Both the position numbers and the translations under genes were made by a program. From an uncultured virus (IMG/VR IMGVR_UViG_3300024359_000004) (Duplodnaviria; Heunggongvirae; Uroviricota; Caudoviricetes): a stretch of DNA of 64,000 nucleotides. The notes under the pieces were generated by a model, which was given only the letters and a program-made list of their open reading frames with translations, made no database searches and had not been told where the DNA came from. Below, piece by piece: positions 9,309-17,868 of the stretch; positions within the stretch are counted from its first letter, which is position 1, and every line of letters begins with the position of its first letter. The stretch is from IMG/VR virus record IMGVR_UViG_3300024359_000004. The stretch is one strand, 5' to 3'.

Positions 9309-10517
9309 TTAATATTTTAATTTAAAGTTAGGTCTATATGATTGGTCTTTAGTACCATATCCAGTTGGGTATGAATTGTCTTGATATTTAAACCAAGAAT
9401 CATAATAAGTGTTATCAAAATGACATTCAGCCCATCCAAATCCTGAACCCCAATCACTATCTCTATTTTCCCAAATGATTAATAGACTATCATTTCCGTT
9501 ATATTCGAAATTAGTGTCAAAATCTATTGTTTGATATCCTGAATTATTTATTGTCCAATTAAAACCAGTCTTAACTGAAGTTAAATTAGCCACCCCATTA
9601 ATATTTGTTAAATCTACTTTAACATTATCACCAAACTCTAAATCACTTATATGAGCTAATTTTATTGTTTGATTATTGTATGTATACCCATTAGTATACC
9701 CACCAACTTCTATTTCTAAACCATGTAGTAATTTAGAACCAGAACCTAACTCTGAAGCTCTTATTATAAACATAGAGTGTGAATAATCATAATAACCATA
9801 CGCTGGATATCTTTCTTGGTTGCTATCACCTTCTGGTGAAGTCCAAACTAAATTCTGTATTGTAGGTGTTGATGGTGTTGTACCTGAAGTAGTACCCGTA
9901 GATGTTGTACCTGAAGTAGTACCGCTACTAGGGTTATTACTTATTGATGAACCTATCTCAATAACCTCATAATTACCAGAACCACCTTTTAGTGTAAATA
10001 ACTTACCATCAGCAATATTCAACATCAACTCACCAGGTAATAAATCACTTACTGAAGGAGTTACACCAGTTTGTTCTGATGATTTAACTAGGAACTTCAT
10101 ATATCTATTACTACCACTGTAAGCTGTTTCTCCATTTAATGTACCACCATTTATAATATCTTTTTCTTTAATTACTCTAACACCATCCATTGATGTTGTT
10201 GATGTGTTTTGTAATACAATATCATTTAATTCAGTAACAAAACCTAAATTCGTATATCCACTACCGTTGGTGTATTCACTTATATTTAAATTACTATCAG
10301 TTAACGTGTTAAGGGAACCTATTCTGAATGTAACATCATTACCTAAAGCATCACCATCTTGTATAGTTAATCCACCACCAATACCCTTATTGGATGTGTT
10401 ACCACTAAGTTGGTAATTTAATACTACATTATTATCTTCAATATTTAACTCACCTAACCTATTAAGGTAATAAGGCATCTTGTCAATATCTTGAATTTGT
10501 GAAAGAAATAATTTCAT
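9309..10517 (-). CDS. putative virion fibre/adhesin-like structural protein
   Basis: P...L.PGELMLNIADGKLF fibre-type motif, S/T/G linker, beta-rich C domain, TATTTAT upstream. Confidence 0.55.
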   Translation of the reverse strand: MKLFLSQIQDIDKMPYYLNRLGELNIEDNNVVLNYQLSGNTSNKGIGGGLTIQDGDALGNDVTFRIGSLNTLTDSNLNISEYTNGSGYTNLGFVTELNDIVLQNTSTTSMDGVRVIKEKDIINGGTLNGETAYSGSNRYMKFLVKSSEQTGVTPSVSDLLPGELMLNIADGKLFTLKGGSGNYEVIEIGSSISNNPSSGTTSGTTSTGTTSGTTPSTPTIQNLVWTSPEGDSNQERYPAYGYYDYSHSMFIIRASELGSGSKLLHGLEIEVGGYTNGYTYNNQTIKLAHISDLEFGDNVKVDLTNINGVANLTSVKTGFNWTINNSGYQTIDFDTNFEYNGNDSLLIIWENRDSDWGSGFGWAECHFDNTYYDSWFKYQDNSYPTGYGTKDQSYRPNFKLKY

Positions 10518-10557
10518 AATATATTTTATTATATAAATATTATAAAAATAGAATAAG

Positions 10558-10977
10558 TTAGTTACTTTTCCATAACATTTGTATTGCTAGAATACAAACA
10601 CAAAGAAGTATACATATTGTGGTTTTTAATGTTATCGGCTCATCATTGAAATATGATGTTAAAAAAGCAAAAGATATTATACCTAAACAGAAACCTATGA
10701 TTCGTGATGGCCACATAACTCCACCAGTACCTAAGACAACATAATCAACACCCTTAATAAACATAAAGGAGATTGGGATGGCCATTATATATGGAAACCA
10801 ACTCGCTCTATCCTTAAACCATTCTATCTTAACTGGTGCATATATTTGAAACCAAACTAATAATTGTGATATAAATAAAAATGCAGAACCAATACCTATT
10901 TTAATAAAATCCATAATATTTTTTTTACAAATATACCATAAATGTATCTTAAAAACATAATAAAAAACCCCAAGCAT
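10558..10977 (-). CDS. small multi-pass membrane protein (DMT/SMR-like; likely start MDFIK)
   Basis: About four hydrophobic segments, F.DEPITLKT motif. Confidence 0.6.
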   Translation of the reverse strand: MLGVFYYVFKIHLWYICKKNIMDFIKIGIGSAFLFISQLLVWFQIYAPVKIEWFKDRASWFPYIMAIPISFMFIKGVDYVVLGTGGVMWPSRIIGFCLGIISFAFLTSYFNDEPITLKTTICILLCVCILAIQMLWKSN

Positions 10978-11017
10978 AAAAACATGCGTTTGGGGTTTTT
11001 ATTTATTTAATTATTTG

Positions 11018-11263
11018 TCATTTTCCAAACATATTTTTCAACTTAATTAACTTTAAGTTTTTAAAAAATGCAGAAACTTCATACCATTCTTGACTAGCCA
11101 TAGTTTTGATTATACTATCGAGTAAGTCAATTTCAGTTTCTGGTGAAAAACCATTTTCATAGACCTGGTACTCAAACCAAATCAATAAAGCCCTTATCTT
11201 TTTGTTAATCATTTCATCTTCGTGAAATGTATTACCATTATATTTGTTAATATCAAACCCCAT
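11018..11263 (-). CDS. hypothetical protein
   Basis: ORF track. Confidence 0.55.
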   Translation of the reverse strand: MGFDINKYNGNTFHEDEMINKKIRALLIWFEYQVYENGFSPETEIDLLDSIIKTMASQEWYEVSAFFKNLKLIKLKNMFGK

Positions 11264-11297
11264 ATAATATAAATATCTGTGGGAATGGATTAGTTGG

Positions 11298-11798
11298 CTA
11301 TTCTTCTAAATCTAAATTGTCTTTTTCTTCTAAATCTTTAATTTTATCCCTAAGAATAACAGCGTCTTCGTATCTTTCTTCATTTACAGCCATATCAAGC
11401 TTTTGTTGTAAATATAATTTATCCTCAACTTCATATATGTTTTCAACATCAAAAGGTGTTGTAATCATATTAACTTTTATAACTGTACCACCATTTACAT
11501 ACCAAACCATTTTTTCAAAAACATAACCATCCTCCTCGTATCTTTCAGTTTCATCTGGTTCACCTAAATCTTTTTCGTAAATACTATTTTGTGTATCTTC
11601 CGTTACAACGTGAAAACTATTTAATTTGTCAATTAAATCGTCTATAGGTTGCATGTCTTGCTCTTCATCAAAAGATTCCAACCTTTTTTTCTTACCAAAA
11701 AACTTATTAAATAACGAATCAAAATCTTCTCTCATATTAAACTTTCTTTTAATTGATTTTATTATGTTATTTAATATTTCAAAAATTTTACCAAACAC
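11298..11798 (-). CDS. UVR (UvrB/UvrC motif) domain protein
   Basis: LQQKLDMAVNEERYEDAVILRDKIK at C-terminus. Confidence 0.8.
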   Translation of the reverse strand: MFGKIFEILNNIIKSIKRKFNMREDFDSLFNKFFGKKKRLESFDEEQDMQPIDDLIDKLNSFHVVTEDTQNSIYEKDLGEPDETERYEEDGYVFEKMVWYVNGGTVIKVNMITTPFDVENIYEVEDKLYLQQKLDMAVNEERYEDAVILRDKIKDLEEKDNLDLEE

Positions 11799-12008
11799 CT
11801 CTTACAGACAATTTTACAGGTTTCGTTATTGTTAACATGACAAACTTATCATATTACTTATAAATATATGACAAAAACATATTAAGTCAAATAAGTAATA
11901 ATAAAATAATGGTTTATAATAAGATAATCTTAACCATTCAAGCATAAACCTTAGCAACAAATAACGTGTAAATTTATTTATAAGTTGTTTTTAATTTAAT
12001 ACCTAAGA

Positions 12009-12605
12009 TTATTCATATACATAAACATCAAAAGACTTACCATCAGTAGACATGTTTTCATTATATATCTCTTCACCATCGTATTTGAAATCAGTAACTA
12101 TTGTATACTCACCATCGTCTTCTACTTCTACACCAGTTAAATTGAATGTAAATAGTTTTTCATCAAAGTCACCATCGATTTCTATCTCTGTTTGGAATGT
12201 TAATCCTTTATCTTCAGTTCTACCTAAGAGTATGGCGTCTTCTTCAACTTCGTGATATTCTTCAACATATTCCGCTTCATCATAATTAACTAACTCCCCA
12301 AAGGGTTTACTAAATACTTCCTCACCAGTCTCTAAATCAGTAAGAACTATCTTGCTATCTAGTGGTATTGGTCCGTAGCTGTGGAATATGTTATCATATT
12401 CATACCAATCAGTAAGTGTGTCAGAAACATCGTACTCCCAAACATCATAAAACAACTCAGATGTGTCATCTAACTCATTTTCTTCAATAGCATTGTTTAT
12501 TGCATCTAGAGTTTCACTGTCTATGGTCCCAACCACTATTTCTGAACCCCAACCAAAAATTTCAATTTTATATTTTTTCATATACTTTAATTTTATTATA
12601 AACAA
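12009..12605 (-). CDS. acidic hypothetical protein
   Basis: ORF track; likely start MKKYK. Confidence 0.65.
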   Translation of the reverse strand: MFIIKLKYMKKYKIEIFGWGSEIVVGTIDSETLDAINNAIEENELDDTSELFYDVWEYDVSDTLTDWYEYDNIFHSYGPIPLDSKIVLTDLETGEEVFSKPFGELVNYDEAEYVEEYHEVEEDAILLGRTEDKGLTFQTEIEIDGDFDEKLFTFNLTGVEVEDDGEYTIVTDFKYDGEEIYNENMSTDGKSFDVYVYE

Positions 12606-12640
12606 ATATAATTTTTTTTTCTTATAAAAACAATTTATAA

Positions 12641-12673
12641 CAAAAAAAAATGGGTAGTTTTTTAACTACCCAT
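12641..12673 (-). terminator. intrinsic terminator
   Basis: ATGGGTAGTT/AACTACCCAT hairpin followed by U-run on minus strand. Confidence 0.7.
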
Positions 12674-12695
12674 ATATTTTATCATATTTTAAAAA

Positions 12696-13655
12696 TTAAA
12701 CATCTAGTTTTTTCTGATTAACTAAATTTATTTGATAATTTGCTGGTAACTTAATAGTTTTAGCTTTTTCATTATTAATAAATTTAGCCCAAGCATATGT
12801 TAAATTTTTTAATAACTCTTCGTTAGTTAATTTATATGTCTTGTCAACCTTAGACTTAATAATTTTATTTCTAAGCGCTGTTACTGGTGAATCTGAACTT
12901 AAATTAATACCTTGACACAACATCTTTAAAAATTCTTCAGCTTTTTCTGGATTAATTTCAGTTAATAAGAAATGAAAGCCGCTAACAAGTGTTGGTGTTA
13001 TAATGTTAGAGTTGTTTTTTCTAACAGTGTTATAAAACTGGTAAGACTTATAAACTTTATCCTCACCTAATTCATAATAATAATCAATTAATTCACTATT
13101 ACTAAGTGTTCTGTGATGATGTCTATTAGCACTATATTTACCATGTTTAAATGCAAATATAAATTTAATCACAGCTGAAATATGTGTAGAATTAGCAACA
13201 CCTTCAATACTTAATACGTCAGAACCAGACCTAAGTGCTCCAGTGTCAATAGTTTTAAATGCTTCTAAACTTAGATTTGTAATCGTAAGGATTTGTAATG
13301 GAATACCAGTCTTAACAATTGCTGCTAACCTGTGTTGCCCATTATTAGTGTTACCATTAATATCAAAACCAATTGTCTCACCATTCATAATCCAATTTTC
13401 ATTCTCAATTTCTTTAGTTAAAAAATTGATATTATTTTTGTTTTGCTTTCTATTTCTATCATTATGGTCTTCTAGAATTTTGGCTGCTAATGATGGTGTG
13501 TAATTAACTAACATAATTTTAGTTAATGTACCCCCATAAGGCATGATAGTTGTTGGTGTTCCTTCCGCCTTGAATGATTCTAAATACGTTTCTAACGTGT
13601 CTAATTTTCTACTCACGTTTCTCTTTTTCTCTACTTGTGCTTTTGTTGTAAACAT
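12696..13655 (-). CDS. ParB/Srx-like N-terminal domain protein
   Basis: N.RNR, W..NGETI.FD..G...NGQHRL.AI, F.TIDTG..RS motifs. Confidence 0.7.
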   Translation of the reverse strand: MFTTKAQVEKKRNVSRKLDTLETYLESFKAEGTPTTIMPYGGTLTKIMLVNYTPSLAAKILEDHNDRNRKQNKNNINFLTKEIENENWIMNGETIGFDINGNTNNGQHRLAAIVKTGIPLQILTITNLSLEAFKTIDTGALRSGSDVLSIEGVANSTHISAVIKFIFAFKHGKYSANRHHHRTLSNSELIDYYYELGEDKVYKSYQFYNTVRKNNSNIITPTLVSGFHFLLTEINPEKAEEFLKMLCQGINLSSDSPVTALRNKIIKSKVDKTYKLTNEELLKNLTYAWAKFINNEKAKTIKLPANYQINLVNQKKLDV

Positions 13656-13809
13656 TTTCTTAAAATTTTAAATTAATAATTAAGACAAATATAAGAAGCT
13701 TTTTTAAATTATACAAGTAAAAAATAAAGTTTTTAGTTATAAAAATTTTTATTTTAGTGTAACCTAGTGTTAATCAGTTAGTTATGCTTAAAATTAATTG
13801 TAACTCGGA

Positions 13810-13841
13810 CAAAAAAAATGGGTAGTTAAAAAACCACCCAT
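13810..13841 (-). terminator. intrinsic terminator after the tRNA-Ala locus
   Basis: atgggtagtt...aaccacccat hairpin plus U-run; near copy of 12641-12673. Confidence 0.65.
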
Positions 13842-13847
13842 CTTTTG

Positions 13848-13887
13848 TGGAGAATATCGGAGTCGAACCGATGACCTTCTGCGTGCA
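13848..13887 (-). pseudogene. 3-prime half of disrupted tRNA-Ala(UGC)
   Basis: TGCACGCAGAAGGTCATCGGTTCGACTCCGATATTCTCCA: anticodon, T-arm and acceptor strand complementary to GGGGAAT at 14530-14536. Confidence 0.9.
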
Positions 13888-13888
13888 C

Positions 13889-14377
13889 CTAAATATCTAA
13901 TAACCCAGCATGATGTGCAGCATGACAATTCTTACATAATAATATACACCCCTCAATTTCTTTATCTATCCTTTCTAATGACCAACCTCTCAATGATGAG
14001 AAATTAGAATCTTTTTTATTTGGGTCTAGATGATGGATATCTAATGAAGGGTTGTATTTATTGTATCCACAAGATTTACATTCACCCCCAAGTTGTTTAA
14101 TGGCGTATTCCCTCTTCTCTTTACCAAGCTTAATCACTCTTTTATTGTGACATTTAGCACAAACTTGTTTATCGTTCCCATAAAAATTTTCTGGATTGTC
14201 TTCACCACATTGGTAGCAGTAATGGGTTTTATCTCTGGGTTTCTTTAGGTATCTGGTTGATAGTCCATATTTTTTTAACCAGTGTCTTACCGTTGTTTGT
14301 GATTTTCCAACCTTCTCAGCAATTTCTCTCTGAGAAAGTTTATTTTCTATCATTTCTATTAATACTTCTTTATCCAT
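13889..14377 (-). CDS. HNH (His-Me finger) endonuclease with N-terminal HTH and Zn-binding Cys pairs
   Basis: LSQREIAEKVGKSQTTVRHWLKK HTH; CYQC, CAKC, CKSC; LDIHHLDP...CILLCKNCH...H. Confidence 0.9.
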   Translation of the reverse strand: MDKEVLIEMIENKLSQREIAEKVGKSQTTVRHWLKKYGLSTRYLKKPRDKTHYCYQCGEDNPENFYGNDKQVCAKCHNKRVIKLGKEKREYAIKQLGGECKSCGYNKYNPSLDIHHLDPNKKDSNFSSLRGWSLERIDKEIEGCILLCKNCHAAHHAGLLDI

Positions 14378-14431
14378 ATTAATAAATATGACTCAGTTCT
14401 CTAAATAACAATTGTTTAGAGAAAAAAGTTG

Positions 14432-14504
14432 TGGAGCTACCCAGATTCGAACTGGGGACTGTTGCGTGCAAGGCAACTGTGTTAACCAACTATACCATAG
14501 CCCC
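14432..14504 (-). tRNA. tRNA-Ala(UGC), intact and divergent
   Basis: GGGGCTA/TAGCTCC acceptor with G3:U70, GTTGC-CTTGCAC-GCAAC anticodon arm, CCCAG-TTCGAAT-CTGGG T-arm; CCA not encoded. Confidence 0.92.
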
Positions 14505-14512
14505 ATAAAGAG

Positions 14513-14536
14513 TCTAGCCAACTGAGCTAATTCCCC
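14513..14536 (-). pseudogene. 5-prime fragment of disrupted tRNA-Ala
   Basis: GGGGAATTAGCTCAGTTGGCTAGA = acceptor strand plus D-arm start. Confidence 0.88.
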
Positions 14537-14549
14537 TTAATTAAGAATA

Positions 14550-14735
14550 TTATTTATCTGAAGATTCAGATTTTTTATTCTTATCTACTATTGACCATAT
14601 ACCACCAATAACAGCGATTAAACTACCAGACAATTCTGCCCATTCTGTAGCGTCAACAGTTCCTTTCATAATTAACATACCACCAATGAAGGTTAAACTA
14701 TGTCTTACGATTCCTAATACTTGTTCTAATGTCAT
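14550..14735 (-). CDS. putative holin (two TM helices)
   Basis: GIVRHSLTFIGG...IGGIWS, basic C-terminus; near lysozyme gene. Confidence 0.65.
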   Translation of the reverse strand: MTLEQVLGIVRHSLTFIGGMLIMKGTVDATEWAELSGSLIAVIGGIWSIVDKNKKSESSDK

Positions 14736-14777
14736 AATAATTTGTTTTTATATAAATACTGTTATAAAACTTAAAGT

Positions 14778-15014
14778 TTAATTTTTAGTACCATACATAC
14801 CTGGTTTTGGTCCACCTCTTTTAATATCGTTTAATAAATTCTGTTGCCTAGGTGTTAAATAAATTTTTTCACCACCGATAGAAATCCATTGATTTAATAT
14901 CTTTTTAGCAGTTTTGTTTGTTGTATTATTAAGCAATTGTTTAAGATAATTAATAGAAACCATCTTATTTTCACCAGTATTTTCCCTTAACAATTTTTTT
15001 ATTAAGTCTTTCAT
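14778..15014 (-). CDS. hypothetical protein with MKDLIKKLLRE leader
   Basis: ORF track; shared leader. Confidence 0.65.
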   Translation of the reverse strand: MKDLIKKLLRENTGENKMVSINYLKQLLNNTTNKTAKKILNQWISIGGEKIYLTPRQQNLLNDIKRGGPKPGMYGTKN

Positions 15015-15925
15015 CCTTGTATTTTATTTAATTTATTTAATCCACTACCAAATAAATTAGCTTCCTTTTCTCTTCTATCTTTCAATCCAGGAAATTTCCT
15101 AAAAGACCTTTTACTAGTCTTCTTTATTTCATCTTTAGCTTCTTTATATTTACCTTTCTTAACTAATTGTATAAAATCAGAATTTCTGAAACCGCTCCTA
15201 CCCATGTTAAACGCCATTGAGACCATAGCATCGTACATATCTTGGTTAATATTATATTCAACACCCTTATTGTCCCAGGTTGACAGTACATCGTTAATCG
15301 CATCCTCAGCTCTTTTTATGTCAGATTTGAGTAATTGTTCAGCTTCTTGTCTCGTTATTATTTGTCCTGGTTTATATTTTGATTTTCTAGTTCTTTCAGC
15401 GTGACCCCAACCAACTGTTACCATTCTGTCACCAAGTTTATAAGCTTTAAGTGCTGGTTCACCCTTGTTCTTTAGGCTACCCTCTTCGTATTTTATAAAA
15501 TTTATTAAACTGTCTGACACCGAGCTTGGTGTTTTTATTTCTACCTCTTTAGTGGTTGGTTGTTTATTATTCTTTACTGATATTAATATTTCATCTTTTA
15601 TTTCTGGTGCATTTGCACTCAACATATTTGATACGGAAGATATAGATAATAAACCTATAAGCCCCGTAACTATATATCTAACCATTTTAATTCGTATGTA
15701 TTTAGGTAAGTTTGTTATTTTTTGTAACAGAGTATTTAAGAATAACTCCGCTTGTCTAGGTGTTTTAACATCACTTTTAGCTCTGTCAAACCTTTCTTTA
15801 GCTATATCCCATTCAAATGTTATAGGACCTTCATCTTCAAACAAAACCAATAACTCATTTAATTCATTTTCATATGATTTAATTAATAGAGCTTCGTTAA
15901 GTAATATTTTTATTGATTGACTCAT
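15011..15925 (-). CDS. GH24 lysozyme with N-terminal extension
   Basis: IKYEEG...AY....TVGWGH, IT..EAEQLL..D, YDAMVS.AFNMG, GL..RR.KE. Confidence 0.88.
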   Translation of the reverse strand: MSQSIKILLNEALLIKSYENELNELLVLFEDEGPITFEWDIAKERFDRAKSDVKTPRQAELFLNTLLQKITNLPKYIRIKMVRYIVTGLIGLLSISSVSNMLSANAPEIKDEILISVKNNKQPTTKEVEIKTPSSVSDSLINFIKYEEGSLKNKGEPALKAYKLGDRMVTVGWGHAERTRKSKYKPGQIITRQEAEQLLKSDIKRAEDAINDVLSTWDNKGVEYNINQDMYDAMVSMAFNMGRSGFRNSDFIQLVKKGKYKEAKDEIKKTSKRSFRKFPGLKDRREKEANLFGSGLNKLNKIQG

Positions 15926-16668
15926 TACTTTTTATCAGTCGTGGGGTTGTATCGCATTCTTATTATTCTAGATAGTATTTTAAAAAGGTCTTCCTTACTC
16001 CTTTTTTCTCTTCTAGTTATGTAACTGTTTATTAATTGGGCAATTTTCAAATCCTTAGTCCTACCCATCTGGAATTTATAATTTATAACATCATACATAT
16101 TCATGAAATAATGGTCATTGTATTTGGTTGCCCTATTTAATATGTTTCTGGTATCATCAACTTTTGTGTTAGCATATTCACCACCAGCTCTTTGTGGTGC
16201 CCATTCGTCAAAAGCCTCAATATCCATTTTAGTTAACCCTAACTCATTAGGTCTAAATATTTTTTTACTGAAGTTACTTTCAAAAACATCCATATCAACT
16301 TTACCCGATACGTTCTTTTTTAAATTGTCCCAGTCATCTTTACCAGGTATTACAATATCTAAATCACCAGGCTCGGTAGGTGTTTTAGGGGCTTTAGGCC
16401 CATATTCTTTATCCATTTTTTCTGTAAGGTCATTGACAAAATCAACCAATCCTGGATAAAGATATAATCTTGCTGAACCAGCAATAAAGTATTTTTTTTC
16501 ACTCGAATCAATACCAAAATTACTGAATACAACTCTTTCTGCTTCTTGTATTAACGCGTCTAATTTTGCATTACCCTCTTCAAGTAATACTGTTTCATTA
16601 AGGGCTTCTTCTAACTTATCCCAAGCATCCTTAATAAACATTTCTTCATATATTTCAGATAACTTCAT
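15925..16668 (-). CDS. putative nucleotidyltransferase-fold protein
   Basis: IAGSA.L, GDLDI, DIE, R.KD motifs. Confidence 0.6.
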   Translation of the reverse strand: MKLSEIYEEMFIKDAWDKLEEALNETVLLEEGNAKLDALIQEAERVVFSNFGIDSSEKKYFIAGSARLYLYPGLVDFVNDLTEKMDKEYGPKAPKTPTEPGDLDIVIPGKDDWDNLKKNVSGKVDMDVFESNFSKKIFRPNELGLTKMDIEAFDEWAPQRAGGEYANTKVDDTRNILNRATKYNDHYFMNMYDVINYKFQMGRTKDLKIAQLINSYITRREKRSKEDLFKILSRIIRMRYNPTTDKK

Positions 16669-16975
16669 ATTTTTTAAGTTTCTTAATCGAGTTTTCGTTA
16701 TACTGAGATTCTATTGTTAGTCTTTTAAAACCGAAAATCATCTCTAGTGGGCTAGGACCTTTCATAAATAGAAAGTTATATGCTGACCACTCACATTTTA
16801 AGTAATAATGTTCATCTTCTAGAACATCAATTACTGGATAACCATGGTCATCAATGTATTTCCAGTCGTAATCATTACAAATTTTACTCACTCTCTTTAT
16901 AAATATCAAGTATTCTACAATTCTAGTTATTAATACTATTAAAATAAAAACTACTATAAAACCAAATGTTGTCAT
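16655..16975 (-). CDS. hypothetical membrane-anchored protein
   Basis: N-terminal TM helix. Confidence 0.6.
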   Translation of the reverse strand: MTTFGFIVVFILIVLITRIVEYLIFIKRVSKICNDYDWKYIDDHGYPVIDVLEDEHYYLKCEWSAYNFLFMKGPSPLEMIFGFKRLTIESQYNENSIKKLKKYEVI

Positions 16976-17077
16976 AACTATAAATATTAATTAATTACTA
17001 TAAAACAAATATAAGGATAATATTAATAAAAACAAAAATTTTCATTTACTAATTTATAATATAGTGTATAATTAAGT

Positions 17078-17407
17078 ATGAAAAAAGGTTTTGTATATTT
17101 AATAACTGATTGGTCTTCTAACCCAGAAAAATTTAAAGTGGGGGTAACAAAAAATAACCCAGAAGATAGGTTACGTTCATTGCAAACTGGTTCTTCTGGA
17201 GAGTTGGTTTTACTAAAGACTTATGAATCTGAAAATTATAGGAAAATTGAAGCAACTTTACATCGTGGTTATAAACCATATTCTACAGATGGAGGTAAAG
17301 AGTGGTTTGAGTTACCACCTATCGTTGCTTTAGATTTTTTTAATGAATGTAAACAGATAGATGATAACATTAAATACTTACAAGAAAGTGGTAACCCGTT
17401 TATTTAA
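17078..17407 (+). CDS. GIY-YIG (T5orf172-like) nuclease domain protein
   Basis: GFVYLI, KVGVT, RL..LQTG, E..LH, EWF. Confidence 0.85.
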   Translation: MKKGFVYLITDWSSNPEKFKVGVTKNNPEDRLRSLQTGSSGELVLLKTYESENYRKIEATLHRGYKPYSTDGGKEWFELPPIVALDFFNECKQIDDNIKYLQESGNPFI

Positions 17408-17415
17408 TTTACATA

Positions 17416-17841
17416 TTAACAAACATCAGCTTCAAAACCACAATAACCATTTTTCTCAATACATTCTTTAATCTCATATCCTAATTTTAAATCAGCATAA
17501 TCTTGTAAGATATTCTTTACAACATATTCATCAACTTCAACACCTTCATTGATGAAGTATTTCACTAAAATTTCGTAATTATATGAATCTCTTTCATCAA
17601 AAAATTTATCTAACATAGTTTTTTCATCACCCATAAATTTTTCAATCTCCCCAATCTTTTCAATAACTTTTGGTAAATGTTCTTCTTTAAAAGAATAACA
17701 TAAAGGTGCACATTCCTCACCAAGCTCTTTTGATAATTCTTTGTCAACCTGACCTTTAACACCAAATCTATCTGCGGCATCACTTGATTGTACTCCAAAC
17801 CAAAGTTCACCGCTTATGTCACCGTCATAATACCTTCCCAT
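17416..17841 (-). CDS. conserved phage hypothetical protein
   Basis: MGRYY.GDI.G..WFGVQSS..A.RFG motif. Confidence 0.7.
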   Translation of the reverse strand: MGRYYDGDISGELWFGVQSSDAADRFGVKGQVDKELSKELGEECAPLCYSFKEEHLPKVIEKIGEIEKFMGDEKTMLDKFFDERDSYNYEILVKYFINEGVEVDEYVVKNILQDYADLKLGYEIKECIEKNGYCGFEADVC

Positions 17842-17868
17842 AACTTTTTTTTTATTTAAAATTTATAA

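Larger units (their letters stand above)
13888..14512 (-). mobile_element. tRNA-Ala plus HNH endonuclease insertion inside a tRNA-Ala gene
   Basis: Lies precisely between matching 5-prime and 3-prime tRNA-Ala fragments. Confidence 0.8.

Noticed and set aside
13888..14512. Group I intron in the tRNA-Ala anticodon loop
   Set aside because: A G precedes the 3-prime half, but the 5-prime exon lacks an intact D/anticodon stem and the insert is filled by a tRNA and an ORF, leaving no room for a ribozyme core
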